Assembly (NCBI GenBank): GCA_030153385.1
Contig: JASKJN010000001.1
Coordinates: 1-58,862, forward strand
From: Archaeoglobaceae archaeon
GTDB lineage: Archaea > Halobacteriota > Archaeoglobi > Archaeoglobales > Archaeoglobaceae
Direction of reading: 5' to 3'
Length of the DNA: 58,862 nucleotides
Shown here: positions 8,876-21,955 of the stretch, in pieces
How positions within the stretch are numbered: position 1 is the first letter of the stretch
How the letters are laid out: each line of letters opens with the position of its first letter
Notes under the pieces: generated by a model
The model's input: the letters and a program-made list of their open reading frames with translations, nothing else
Database searches by the model: none
What the model was told of the DNA's origin: nothing
Made by a program: the position numbers and the translations under genes

Positions 8876-10135
8876 TTAATTTATCTTTTTTCTTTTCATC
8901 TCGGGATAGAGGATTTCTTTCACTGCTTCAAGAAATCCGGAATATATGTGTGCGTCGACTGCAAAGTGTGCATAATTGTAATCGCAAAATCCTGTAATCT
9001 CTGCGACGTATTTCGTTAGCAAAGAGAATCCGAACATATTCGCATGCATCGCCCCGTATGCATCGTTCGAGCGCATGTAAAAGATCCCCTTAAGCTTTCC
9101 CCCGTTGTTCACGAACTGGTATCCTCTCAGGCATGGAGGATCTTTGCTTGTTAGGTCCCATGGTCGGGAAATTCCTACATAGCAGTCTCTTCTGCAGGGA
9201 TCTTCCTTGAGCTTTCTTATGACCTCGAACAACTGGTCTACTTTTACTTGGTCTTTAACGCAGAATCTCGCTCTCTCAGCGTACGTGTATTCTTCCCCTT
9301 CTTTCAGGATGTTCTCTTCAACTCTTTCGAGCAGTTTGTTCGCGTATATTATATAATCATGAGCGTAGTCAATGCCGTAGCGTTCGGTGAATGGGGCTTT
9401 GTCATGCAATTTGTTCTCTTCTGGCTTTAAGACCTCTATGAACAATCTGTGAACAAATTTGCTCGTCTTTTGCCCTTCGAACATATCCCATTCAGTCTCC
9501 TTGCTCTTTCCATGATTGTAGATGGTTTCGAGTGCGGAATGCCATGCGGATGAAAGGTAGTCTTCAACGAGATGCGTTCCAAGGCTTGTATATCCATATA
9601 TCTCATCCATTGGCTCTGCAATGGATTTGGCTCTGTTCAGGTCTCTTTCATAAATGTGTGGTATTGCGATGAGCATCGCAACGCTTCCTTCTGGTAGTTC
9701 TGCTTTTTCAGCAACGCTTTTCAGAGCGAATGAAAGAAAGCGAAAATTCGACTCGAAGTAGTTTAGGCAGTCGAGGGAGCGGATGTAGGCTGTAGCGTGA
9801 AGTTTTTCATCGAATAAAAATGAGATCTCTGTAATTGCGGGTGGATTGTTAGAAAGCGTGTCTTCTGGTCTCCAGATGGGAATTGAAGCTCTCCGCGTAT
9901 ATTTCCTCTCTTTCAGCTTTTCAACGCAAGTGTCTAGAGCTTCTTCAAATCTTTTAAGGTATTTCTCACTGAAGTAATCCTTTGGAAAATCCGCTTCAGA
10001 AGAATTTTCAACAATCAAAAGGCTTGGATCAACGCGCAAATAAATCCCAAATCTCGACCTGCATCTGGCTCCGTTCTCGACGATCTTTCCAAGTATTGCT
10101 CTTCTCGCATCCTCGCAATCCTGCGCGATTATCAT
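8876..10135 (-). CDS. Tandem-duplicated thymidylate synthase (ThyA-fold) protein; the N-terminal copy lacks the catalytic Cys
   Basis: The C-terminal half has RR...DPPCLRGYQF...MRSND...HAN...DAHIY (ThyA active-site pattern). The N-terminal half has the parallel RR...NPPAITEISF...IRSLD...SNF...IPHIY, with Ala in place of Cys. Confidence 0.7.
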   Translation of the reverse strand: MIIAQDCEDARRAILGKIVENGARCRSRFGIYLRVDPSLLIVENSSEADFPKDYFSEKYLKRFEEALDTCVEKLKERKYTRRASIPIWRPEDTLSNNPPAITEISFLFDEKLHATAYIRSLDCLNYFESNFRFLSFALKSVAEKAELPEGSVAMLIAIPHIYERDLNRAKSIAEPMDEIYGYTSLGTHLVEDYLSSAWHSALETIYNHGKSKETEWDMFEGQKTSKFVHRLFIEVLKPEENKLHDKAPFTERYGIDYAHDYIIYANKLLERVEENILKEGEEYTYAERARFCVKDQVKVDQLFEVIRKLKEDPCRRDCYVGISRPWDLTSKDPPCLRGYQFVNNGGKLKGIFYMRSNDAYGAMHANMFGFSLLTKYVAEITGFCDYNYAHFAVDAHIYSGFLEAVKEILYPEMKRKKIN

Positions 10136-10158
10136 CTACCTTCTGTAAAGGAAAAAAT

Positions 10159-10902
10159 TTAAATATTTACCCACTGGCAGGCGTTGTTCACACAACCGCA
10201 CTTCATTCCAGTGGGTTTGTAGCAATCCTTCCACTCACATGTCGTCACAATGTTCTCGCCAGCACCCATGCAAACCTGACCTGAGCAACCACCGACTTTG
10301 CAATCCCCATCGTCTTTACAACTCGCATAGGTCGACCATCCGCAGAACTCTACCGCTTGCTTCTTAAGCTTCACGGCCTCACCGGAAAGCCCCACAAATT
10401 CAACCCCAATGTCTTTGGCGTTGAAGATCTTCACTTCCTTCTGGCAAAGACATTTAAGGAGTAACCCATCATAGTCTTTCTCAAGAATTCTGTAAACCTC
10501 TCCCTTCTCAACAAGAATTTCATCGCTTCCGCAGTTCACAGTTACATAGGCTCTGATTGTTCTCTCGTTGTTGTCATAAACGTAGTAGTTTCCATAGCCC
10601 CGTGTAAGATCGGAACAGTTTCCAACCTCGAACTGGACATTTTTCCACTTCTCTCCACACTCCCCTCTGAAGAAACTCCACTCCTCGCACTCCGTTCTGT
10701 CTGGAAAAACGCAAAATCCAATCTGTCCTTCTTTACTCGTCTCTATTCTGTATTCGTATCCCATCTCAGCACAATAAATCGCCGCAGGGTTCGCTAAATT
10801 AAGGTCATCGCCTGGTGTTTCGCTCTCAAACTCGAGCTTCAGCAAAGTAGCTCCAGAGATTGCCACTGTCAAGATAACTACACTCAAGAGGATCCTGTTC
10901 AT
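10159..10902 (-). CDS. Secreted cysteine-rich protein (DUF333-like N-terminal module plus a C-terminal 10-Cys module)
   Basis: Signal peptide MNRILLSVVILTVAISGATLL. NPAAIYCAEMGYEY...GFCVFPDRTECEEWSFFRGEC resembles DUF333. The C-terminus is CGWSTYASCKDDGDCKVGGCSGQVC...CGCVNNACQW. Confidence 0.6.
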   Translation of the reverse strand: MNRILLSVVILTVAISGATLLKLEFESETPGDDLNLANPAAIYCAEMGYEYRIETSKEGQIGFCVFPDRTECEEWSFFRGECGEKWKNVQFEVGNCSDLTRGYGNYYVYDNNERTIRAYVTVNCGSDEILVEKGEVYRILEKDYDGLLLKCLCQKEVKIFNAKDIGVEFVGLSGEAVKLKKQAVEFCGWSTYASCKDDGDCKVGGCSGQVCMGAGENIVTTCEWKDCYKPTGMKCGCVNNACQWVNI

Positions 10903-10992
10903 GTTTTAATTTCTAGGCTATGACATTTATAGGTATTTTATTCGAAATATTTAATTTTAAATTTAAATCCACGTCTCCTTGGTTGATGATTT

Positions 10993-12035
10993 TTACTCTG
11001 GAATGAATTCTGGAGGTCGAACCACCTTAAGCCTTATCGCATTCTTTTCACAACCAACAACGCAGACTCCGCATCCAAAGCACTTCTCGGATATCACCTT
11101 GGCCTTGAACTTCTTGCTACCCTCGGGCCTGAAAAGTTCGATCGCATCGAAATGGCATCTCTCAACGCATTTCTGACAGCCAGTACATTTATCAACGTCG
11201 ACATAGGCTTCATATCTGCTTTTTTCGATAAAATTGCCTATATCTACTCCTGCTGCTCTTGCTGATAGGAAGAACTCACAGCAATCTGAGCAACAGTTAC
11301 AGTTTGTAGTTATTCGAGGGTCCACAATCTTGGAGGTATTTGGCCAAGTATGGATCAGCCCATCTCTTTCGATCTCATCAATAAGCGCTATGACACTGTC
11401 AGTGGATAACTCAATGCCAGCATTTTTCGCAATGACGTACTCCGCCCCCCCCTTCCTACTTGAATACAGTGCCATTTTGTCTCGTCAGTGTGTTTGCACG
11501 GTTCTCCGGCGAGCATAGATAGATTTCTACAGGAACACGGAACAACAGCTATTTTCTGCTGGGCTTTCATGATCTCTTTCATGTTTTCGTATGGTAAAAC
11601 ATTGGGCAGGTCTTTTATTGCATTGTATGCTGGAATAACCCTCCAAATCTTAAAACCTAGGGAAGATAGAATTTCTCCAATTTTCCTGTTTCCTTCGGAA
11701 TCCAAAAAATCCTTCCAAAGCTTTGCAAACTCCGGATCTTTCACATGCTTGCTGGCAAGCGTTGAGTCGTGGAGTTGAATTATATCTCTTGCAAATCTAA
11801 AATAATCCCGATTTCTGAAATCTCTTGGAAAAACCACACCCTTAACGAAAAGGTCTTCGAGGATATCCTGAACTTTTTCCTTTTCGATACCAGTTTTTTT
11901 GGAGATTTCTTCCAAAGTTCCCGGCAAAGCAGATGCAATCATAGCTTCTTCTTCGTTCATTAGGTATTCGAGAATCTTTTTAAGTTTTTCAGAGTTCGGA
12001 AAACCGAGTTTCTGCATTAAGACTTCATAGCTCAT
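10993..12035 (-). pseudogene. HTH plus multi-Cys / 2x[4Fe-4S] ferredoxin-domain protein, frameshifted in a G8 run (or a sequencing error)
   Basis: ORFs 11388-12077 and 10993-11475 are two halves of one protein (...KWHCIQVGRGG | AEYVIAKNAG...). The frames switch inside C8 at 11445-11452 (+). The C-terminal half has CTGCQKCVERC and CFGCGVCVVGC cluster motifs. Confidence 0.65.
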
Positions 12036-12148
12036 AAAACGAAAAGATAATAAAATATTTAAGTCTTGTGATGTCAAAATATATCTACTCAGCGGAGTTA
12101 TAGAGCTTGCAAAATAGAATTAATACTCAAAAAAAGTCGAGCAAAAGT

Positions 12149-12157
12149 CTTATAAAT
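12149..12157 (+). promoter_or_regulatory. Candidate TATA box of the rRNA operon promoter
   Basis: GCAAAAGTCTTATAAATCC (purine-rich BRE-like stretch plus TTATAAA) about 210 nt upstream of the 16S 5' end, followed by a hairpin-rich leader. Confidence 0.35.
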
Positions 12158-12365
12158 CCAAAAGAGTAATGGTATACTACACAACGAGGTCACGTAAATT
12201 ACCGCAGATCCAGCAAGGACCCCGACTGAGCATAGCTCTGGGTGAGGGGTAGCATTCTAATCTGCGGTATAGTATGGGAGGACCGCAGAAGCTTGCGGTC
12301 TGATGCGGGGCTTGTCAGCAGAGCATACTGGCAGGCAGGGGGACGTATTCACTTTATCCCCGCCA

Positions 12366-13849
<1,484 letters not shown>

Positions 13850-13947
13850 AGCGAACGCCTGCCTGCCAGGCTTAAATGCTGGCAAGCCCTCTCATGCACC
13901 CGGCGATGAAAGTCGTCGGGGAAGGGTTAATGCCTTCGGGCAAGTGA

Positions 13948-13981
13948 GACCGTGCAGGGGTAGGTGCAAACTGGAACTGAC
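13948..13981 (+). other. 5' strand of the 23S processing stem, with a canonical bulge-helix-bulge motif
   Basis: GACCGTGCAGGGGTAG-GTGC-AAA-CTGGAACTGAC pairs with 16909-16942. It has a 4-bp central helix GTGC/GCAC flanked by 3-nt bulges (AAA 13968-13970; AAG 16924-16926). Confidence 0.8.
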
Positions 13982-13982
13982 T

Positions 13983-16905
<2,923 letters not shown>

Positions 16906-16908
16906 GAG

Positions 16909-16942
16909 GTCAGTTCCAGGCACAAGCTACCCCTGCACGGTC
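16909..16942 (+). other. 3' strand of the 23S processing stem (BHB)
   Basis: GTCAGTTCCAG-GCAC-AAG-CTACCCCTGCACGGTC is complementary to 13948-13981. It overlaps the last codons and stop of the convergent CDS 16927-17565. Confidence 0.8.
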
Positions 16943-17565
16943 TTGGGCCTTAGCAAATAGTAGACTTCTTTTTTATCTTTTGACCTTTCAAAACTTAGAA
17001 CCTCAAAATCCGAAAAATTTGCCACCTCTCTTTTGTCCAGCTTGTGGACGAAGAGAACTTTTCCCTCGGGTTTAAGCTTTGGCAGATATCTCTTCAGGGC
17101 TTTCATCGAGGTAGAAAAGGGAAGAGTAAGGTCGTTTAGAATCAGATCAACGCTTTCAAGCTTATCTACATCGAATTTGAAAGCGTCTTCGATGAAAATC
17201 TTTACGTTGTCGTATTTACGCTCTATCTCCCTTAAAATCTCTTCAAAATCCCTGCTGAACTCTATTCCATAGACGAATTTTGCTTTTTCACTCGCATAAA
17301 GAAGAAATCCGCCAGCAGAACTACCTAAATCCAGCACTATTTCGTCTCCCTTAAAAATATGGAATTTCTCGTCCAGTTCTTTCAGTTTCCAGTAACCCCT
17401 GGGCTTGTCTTCGAGAACCTCTATGACTGCATCATCATCAATTTCAGCTGAAGGCTTTGTGATGATTTGTCCATTTACCTTGACAAATCCCATCTTTATG
17501 GCAATTTTAGCTCTGTTTCTTGTTTTGAAGAAGCCTTTTTTTACCAGCCACAGATCAAGTCTCAT
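16927..17565 (-). CDS. TlyA-like S4-domain / FtsJ-type RNA methyltransferase
   Basis: N-terminal S4-like [27 protein letters not shown], then the SAM motif [15 protein letters not shown] overlap with the sucD stop. Confidence 0.75.
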   Translation of the reverse strand: MRLDLWLVKKGFFKTRNRAKIAIKMGFVKVNGQIITKPSAEIDDDAVIEVLEDKPRGYWKLKELDEKFHIFKGDEIVLDLGSSAGGFLLYASEKAKFVYGIEFSRDFEEILREIERKYDNVKIFIEDAFKFDVDKLESVDLILNDLTLPFSTSMKALKRYLPKLKPEGKVLFVHKLDKREVANFSDFEVLSFERSKDKKEVYYLLRPKTVQG

Positions 17566-18431
17566 TTCAGCTTCCCTGCAACGATTTCAGCAACCTCCTT
17601 AGGAGTTTTTCCCACCTCGACACCAACATTTTTGAACGCCCTGATCTTTGATTCAGCAGTTCCAACTCCACCCTCGATAATCGCTCCAGCATGTCCCATC
17701 CTTTTACCAGGTGGCGCAGTTATTCCTGCAATGTAAGCAACGACAGGCTTGCTTATATTCTGCCGTATATATTCTGCAGCTCTTTCCTCATCTCTTCCAC
17801 CGATCTCTCCGATAAGCACGATCACTTCAGTCTCTCTGTCCTTTTCAAACATTTCGAGAACTTCAGAAAAGCTCAAACCAACTATTCTGTCCCCTCCTAT
17901 ACCAACAACACTCGACTGGCCTATGCCAAGGGATGTGAGATTGTGGGAGATCTGGTATGTAAGCGTTCCACTTCGTGAAACAACTCCGACTTTTCCCTCC
18001 ATGAAAACGTGCGTCGGCATTATCCCGAGATGGGATTTTCCAGGAGAGATAACTCCGGGGCAATTTGGTCCGACGAGTATCGCATTTTCTTCCTTCACTC
18101 TTAGATATGCCTTAAGCTCGTCGTGAACGGGTATGCCTTCGGTTATGCATACTATCGTCCTGATCCCCGCATCTAAGGCTTCCATTATCGCATCCGTTGC
18201 GAATGCAGCTGGAACGAAAATTATGCTCGCATTTGCGTCCGTTTTTCTTTTAGCTTCTTTCACAGTATCGAATATCGGTACACCAAAGATCTCCTCTCCC
18301 CCCTTTCCCGGAGTAACCCCTGCGACTATCTTTGTGCCGTATTTCAGCATTCTTTCAGTATGAAATCTACCTTGGCTACCAGTAATTCCTTGAACTATGG
18401 CTTTTGTGTTCTGATCAACTATTATTGCCAT
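17562..18431 (-). CDS. sucD: Succinyl-CoA synthetase, alpha subunit
   Basis: [24 protein letters not shown]..., the phosphohistidine loop region GHAGAII, and a CoA-binding fold. Confidence 0.9.
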   Translation of the reverse strand: MAIIVDQNTKAIVQGITGSQGRFHTERMLKYGTKIVAGVTPGKGGEEIFGVPIFDTVKEAKRKTDANASIIFVPAAFATDAIMEALDAGIRTIVCITEGIPVHDELKAYLRVKEENAILVGPNCPGVISPGKSHLGIMPTHVFMEGKVGVVSRSGTLTYQISHNLTSLGIGQSSVVGIGGDRIVGLSFSEVLEMFEKDRETEVIVLIGEIGGRDEERAAEYIRQNISKPVVAYIAGITAPPGKRMGHAGAIIEGGVGTAESKIRAFKNVGVEVGKTPKEVAEIVAGKLK

Positions 18432-19564
18432 TTTGCCACCTCCACAGCCCTTTTTGCACCTTCTTCCATCGTTTTAACAATCTCAACTTTTCCCTGCAAA
18501 TTCTCTTCTATAATCTTCCTTCCCTCCTCTTCGTTTGTACCTGATAGTCTGAGAATGACCGGGATTTTAGGATTGATCTCCCTGAAAGCTTTGACAATTC
18601 CTAAGGCAACTTCATCGCACCTCGTAATTCCACCGAATATATTCATGAAAACAACCTTGACATTCTTATCCGCAGAGAGGACTTCAAAAGCCTTCTTAAC
18701 AATCTCAGCCCCAGCTCCACCGCCGATATCGAGAAAGTTCGCAGGTTTTCCACCTTCTAAGTAAATCAGATCCATTGTGGCCATGGCCATTCCGGCACCG
18801 TTTGCTATTACTCCAACGTTTCCGTCCAGCCTTACATAGTTCAATCCGGCTTTGATTGCCATTTTCTCTACTTCGTCAACCCCTACGTATTCACGCAAAT
18901 CCTCGAGTTCTCTGTGTCTGAATAAAGCATTCTCATCGATGCTGATCTTCGCATCCGCAGCGATCAAACCTTTTGGGGTCAGCACAAGAGGGTTTATCTC
19001 CACAAGCTCAGCCTCATATTTCATCATTATCTCGTAAAGCGCCCTGATAATTCCAGCCATTTCCTTCCAAAGGTCATTTCTGATCTTTGCTCCGCTTAGG
19101 ATATCTCTTATCTGGTAGTCCCACAAACCCCAGCGAGGATTGATTTTTACCTTTACGATCTTTTCAGGAAACTTCTGTGCTATCTCTTCAATATCTATTC
19201 CTCCAGCGGTGCTGAAGATGAGCGAAAAACATTTTTCTACCCTGTCTAATGCTATGCTGAGATACCACTCTTCCTTTATCTCGAGTAATTCCTCCAGATA
19301 GATCTTTCTGACTATTTCTCCCTTAAGCGATGATCCGAGCATCTTCTCAGCGATCTCAACAGCAGAATCGACGTTCATCGCTTTCTTTATTCCACCAGCC
19401 TTTCCCCTTCCACCAACGAGAACCTGGGCCTTCAAAACTACTTTTCCTCCTAATTCTTCCGCAACTCTCCGGACTTCTCCAAGGCTCTCTGCAAGACTTC
19501 CCCGGGGAATTTTAATTCCGTGCTCCTTGAAGATCTGTTTCGCTTGATATTCATACAGTTTCAT
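18422..19564 (-). CDS. sucC: Succinyl-CoA synthetase, beta subunit (ATP-grasp)
   Basis: The conserved N-terminus [20 protein letters not shown] starts at the internal ATG 19564. The upstream 32 codons of the ORF look like read-through. Confidence 0.9.
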   Translation of the reverse strand: MKLYEYQAKQIFKEHGIKIPRGSLAESLGEVRRVAEELGGKVVLKAQVLVGGRGKAGGIKKAMNVDSAVEIAEKMLGSSLKGEIVRKIYLEELLEIKEEWYLSIALDRVEKCFSLIFSTAGGIDIEEIAQKFPEKIVKVKINPRWGLWDYQIRDILSGAKIRNDLWKEMAGIIRALYEIMMKYEAELVEINPLVLTPKGLIAADAKISIDENALFRHRELEDLREYVGVDEVEKMAIKAGLNYVRLDGNVGVIANGAGMAMATMDLIYLEGGKPANFLDIGGGAGAEIVKKAFEVLSADKNVKVVFMNIFGGITRCDEVALGIVKAFREINPKIPVILRLSGTNEEEGRKIIEENLQGKVEIVKTMEEGAKRAVEVAKWQ

Positions 19565-19638
19565 GTCATGAAATTTTCTTGGTAGAAATAAAGCTTTTTC
19601 TTTCGCATTCTGCGAAATTGAAAGATAAATGCAAAGCA

Positions 19639-20466
19639 TCACTGTTGTTTTCCAAACCACAAAACCCTTTGTGGGAAGGGAATCTCGATTCCATTCTTCT
19701 CCAGTTCAACCTTGATCTTCCAAAGAAGTTCCATTTTCACACCATACCAGTCGCTTGATGGCCCCCATATTCGCACCACTATGTTCACGCCATTGTCTCC
19801 GAGATTATCAACGAAAACACTGGGCTCAGGAATTTTTAGGGCAAATGGATGTTCTTCGATGACATTTTTTATGATCTCGATCGCCTTCTCCGCATCATCA
19901 CTGTAGCGGATGCTTATGATGTATTCAAATCTCCTCGCAACGTTGGCAACTGGATTCGTTATATTTGAAGTGAAGAGGGTCTCATTTGGGATTCTAACGT
20001 AAAGTCCGTCATAAGTTCTGATTATGGTCGACATTATGTTCATGTCCTCGACAATTCCTGCAACATCTCCGACGATGATCTGGTCTCCTATCTTTACAGG
20101 CCTTTCAGCTATCAGAAATAGTCCTGACAAAAAATTTGAAACAACCTTCTGGCTTGCAAAACCGATGACTATACCCAGAATTCCTCCAGCAACGAGAAGA
20201 CCTGTAAGATTCAAACCGAAAATCGGAGTTACCATTGCGATTGCAATCAGCAGTATTGACGCATAGACGAACTTTATAATGAGCTCAAGCTGGTCTTTCC
20301 TCATCTTATCCGCTAAGGACCTGCGAAGGCTCATTGCAATTATCTTGGCTACTAGGGTTGCAATTAAGAGAATGATGAAGGTGACGATGAGATCTCTCAC
20401 CGCTAAGCCCTCATAAAGCTCGTAATCGATTACCTTCATCCCCCATTCAATTAGCCCGAGGATCAT
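19639..20466 (-). CDS. mscS: Small-conductance mechanosensitive channel (MscS family)
   Basis: Three N-terminal TM helices, then PVKIGDQIIVGDVAGIVEDMNIMSTIIRTYDGLYVRIPN, the MscS beta-domain signature. The ATG at 20466 overlaps the upstream stop (ATGA). Confidence 0.85.
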   Translation of the reverse strand: MILGLIEWGMKVIDYELYEGLAVRDLIVTFIILLIATLVAKIIAMSLRRSLADKMRKDQLELIIKFVYASILLIAIAMVTPIFGLNLTGLLVAGGILGIVIGFASQKVVSNFLSGLFLIAERPVKIGDQIIVGDVAGIVEDMNIMSTIIRTYDGLYVRIPNETLFTSNITNPVANVARRFEYIISIRYSDDAEKAIEIIKNVIEEHPFALKIPEPSVFVDNLGDNGVNIVVRIWGPSSDWYGVKMELLWKIKVELEKNGIEIPFPQRVLWFGKQQ

Positions 20467-21170
20467 ATGCCCCACTCCATTGTGAATTTTTTAACAAGCA
20501 TTGGAATCGACTTTGTCGAGTAGATTTCAACCGCCTTTTTCATCCCTTCGAATAGTGGTTTGTCTATAAAAGAAGTGTCCGCTATGCGCTTCGAATGCAC
20601 TCTCATCTCCGCAATGCTCGAAACTGCTTTGCGGTTATAGTAGATCTTCATTCCATATACGTCAAAAACTGCTTTGGAAACTTCACAGAAATTGTTTGAA
20701 AGATTCACAACTCTCAGCTCCAGAATTCCTTCTCTCAATGGATCGACTTCCGGAACCTCAGCGAAGATATCGCTCTCCCAGTATCTTCCGATAACCCCTC
20801 CCCTCGGATCACCGTATAGGGCATACTTTGGCTTCAAAAAGCTGAAGACGTCTATGTCCTCATATACATTCTCCTCAGCCAAAATTACTCCGATCTCAAT
20901 CGGGAATGTGAGGTAAAGAGTGGCGGTTGCTTTTGGAGCGATCAAAAAAGGTCTTCGAAATACAATGAAGAGGTAATTAGTTATGTTTTTTGGCAAATTG
21001 ACTGGCTCCACTGGGTTTAAGTAAACCTCAGCGTCATCAAAAAGAATCTTTTCAACCCTTGAATCGCCAAGAATGCGAATGTAGCGGAAAGTGCTTTTCT
21101 CTCTCTCCACGCTTATCTTCAGATTCTGAAACTCTACCGAAAGATCTCTTAGCTGGTAAATCCCGAACAC
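20463..21170 (-). CDS. Conserved hypothetical protein, translationally coupled to mscS
   Basis: 235-aa ORF with normal composition, no TM segment or signal peptide, and no motif I can assign. Its stop overlaps the mscS start. Confidence 0.55.
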   Translation of the reverse strand: MFGIYQLRDLSVEFQNLKISVEREKSTFRYIRILGDSRVEKILFDDAEVYLNPVEPVNLPKNITNYLFIVFRRPFLIAPKATATLYLTFPIEIGVILAEENVYEDIDVFSFLKPKYALYGDPRGGVIGRYWESDIFAEVPEVDPLREGILELRVVNLSNNFCEVSKAVFDVYGMKIYYNRKAVSSIAEMRVHSKRIADTSFIDKPLFEGMKKAVEIYSTKSIPMLVKKFTMEWGI

Positions 21171-21211
21171 TAAAAAAATTTGCTCAAAGATTAAAAAATA
21201 TTATTCCTCGA

Positions 21212-21955
21212 TCACTTCTTTTCAAGGAATTCCTTCATCAACCTCTTTGCCTCCTCGCTCGCAAAGAGGATCGAGAAGAGGCTAGCTTCGTATCTTAACC
21301 CTTCTCTGAGTGGCGTGTTCATCGAAGCGTTCAATGCTCTTTTTGCAAGCTTTAAAGCAACTGCGGACTTCTCAGCAATCTTGCTTGCTATCTCTTTCGC
21401 CCTATCCATGAGCTTATCAGGCTCAACAAGCTCCTCCACAAGTCCTAGGCGGTAAGCTTCCTCCGCGCTTATCATCTCCCCAGTGAACACCATTTTCTTC
21501 GCCATTCCCATTCCCACAAGCCTCGGAAGCCTCTGAGTCCCTCCCGCCCCGGGGAATATGCCTATGTTTATCTCGGGCTGACCGAATCTGGCTTTGGTGC
21601 TTGCGATCCTGATGTCGCAGGCCATTGCTAATTCCAAACCACCACCTAAAGCCAGACCGTTGATCGCTGCAATTACTGGAATTTCGAGCTCTTCGATCCT
21701 CGCAAAAAGTTCTGTTCCAAGCTTTGAAGCTTCTATAGCCATCAAGGGGTCCCTTTTCACGAGCTCGTTTATGTCCGCTCCAGCTGCAAAAGCTCTACCA
21801 CTGCCCGTGATTATCAGCACTCTAACTTCTTTTTCTGCTCTCTCGACGATCTCCTTTAGTTCTGCCCTTGTCTTTGAATCTAGGGCGTTAAGCTTCTCTG
21901 GTCTATTCAGCGTTGCAATCCCTATATTTCCTTCAACAGTATAAAGGACGTTCAT
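21212..21955 (-). CDS. Enoyl-CoA hydratase (crotonase family)
   Basis: MNVLYTVEGNIGIATLNRPEKLNAL, GSGRAFAAGADI and ALGGGLELAMACD. The ATG at 21955 overlaps the acyl-CoA dehydrogenase stop (ATGA). Confidence 0.85.
   Translation of the reverse strand: MNVLYTVEGNIGIATLNRPEKLNALDSKTRAELKEIVERAEKEVRVLIITGSGRAFAAGADINELVKRDPLMAIEASKLGTELFARIEELEIPVIAAINGLALGGGLELAMACDIRIASTKARFGQPEINIGIFPGAGGTQRLPRLVGMGMAKKMVFTGEMISAEEAYRLGLVEELVEPDKLMDRAKEIASKIAEKSAVALKLAKRALNASMNTPLREGLRYEASLFSILFASEEAKRLMKEFLEKK

Noticed and set aside
13850-13982. Searched the 16S-23S spacer for the tRNA-Ala common in euryarchaeal rRNA operons.
   Set aside because: No acceptor/T-arm pairing or GTTCRAATC-like T-loop could be drawn. 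The spacer is taken up by the two processing stems.
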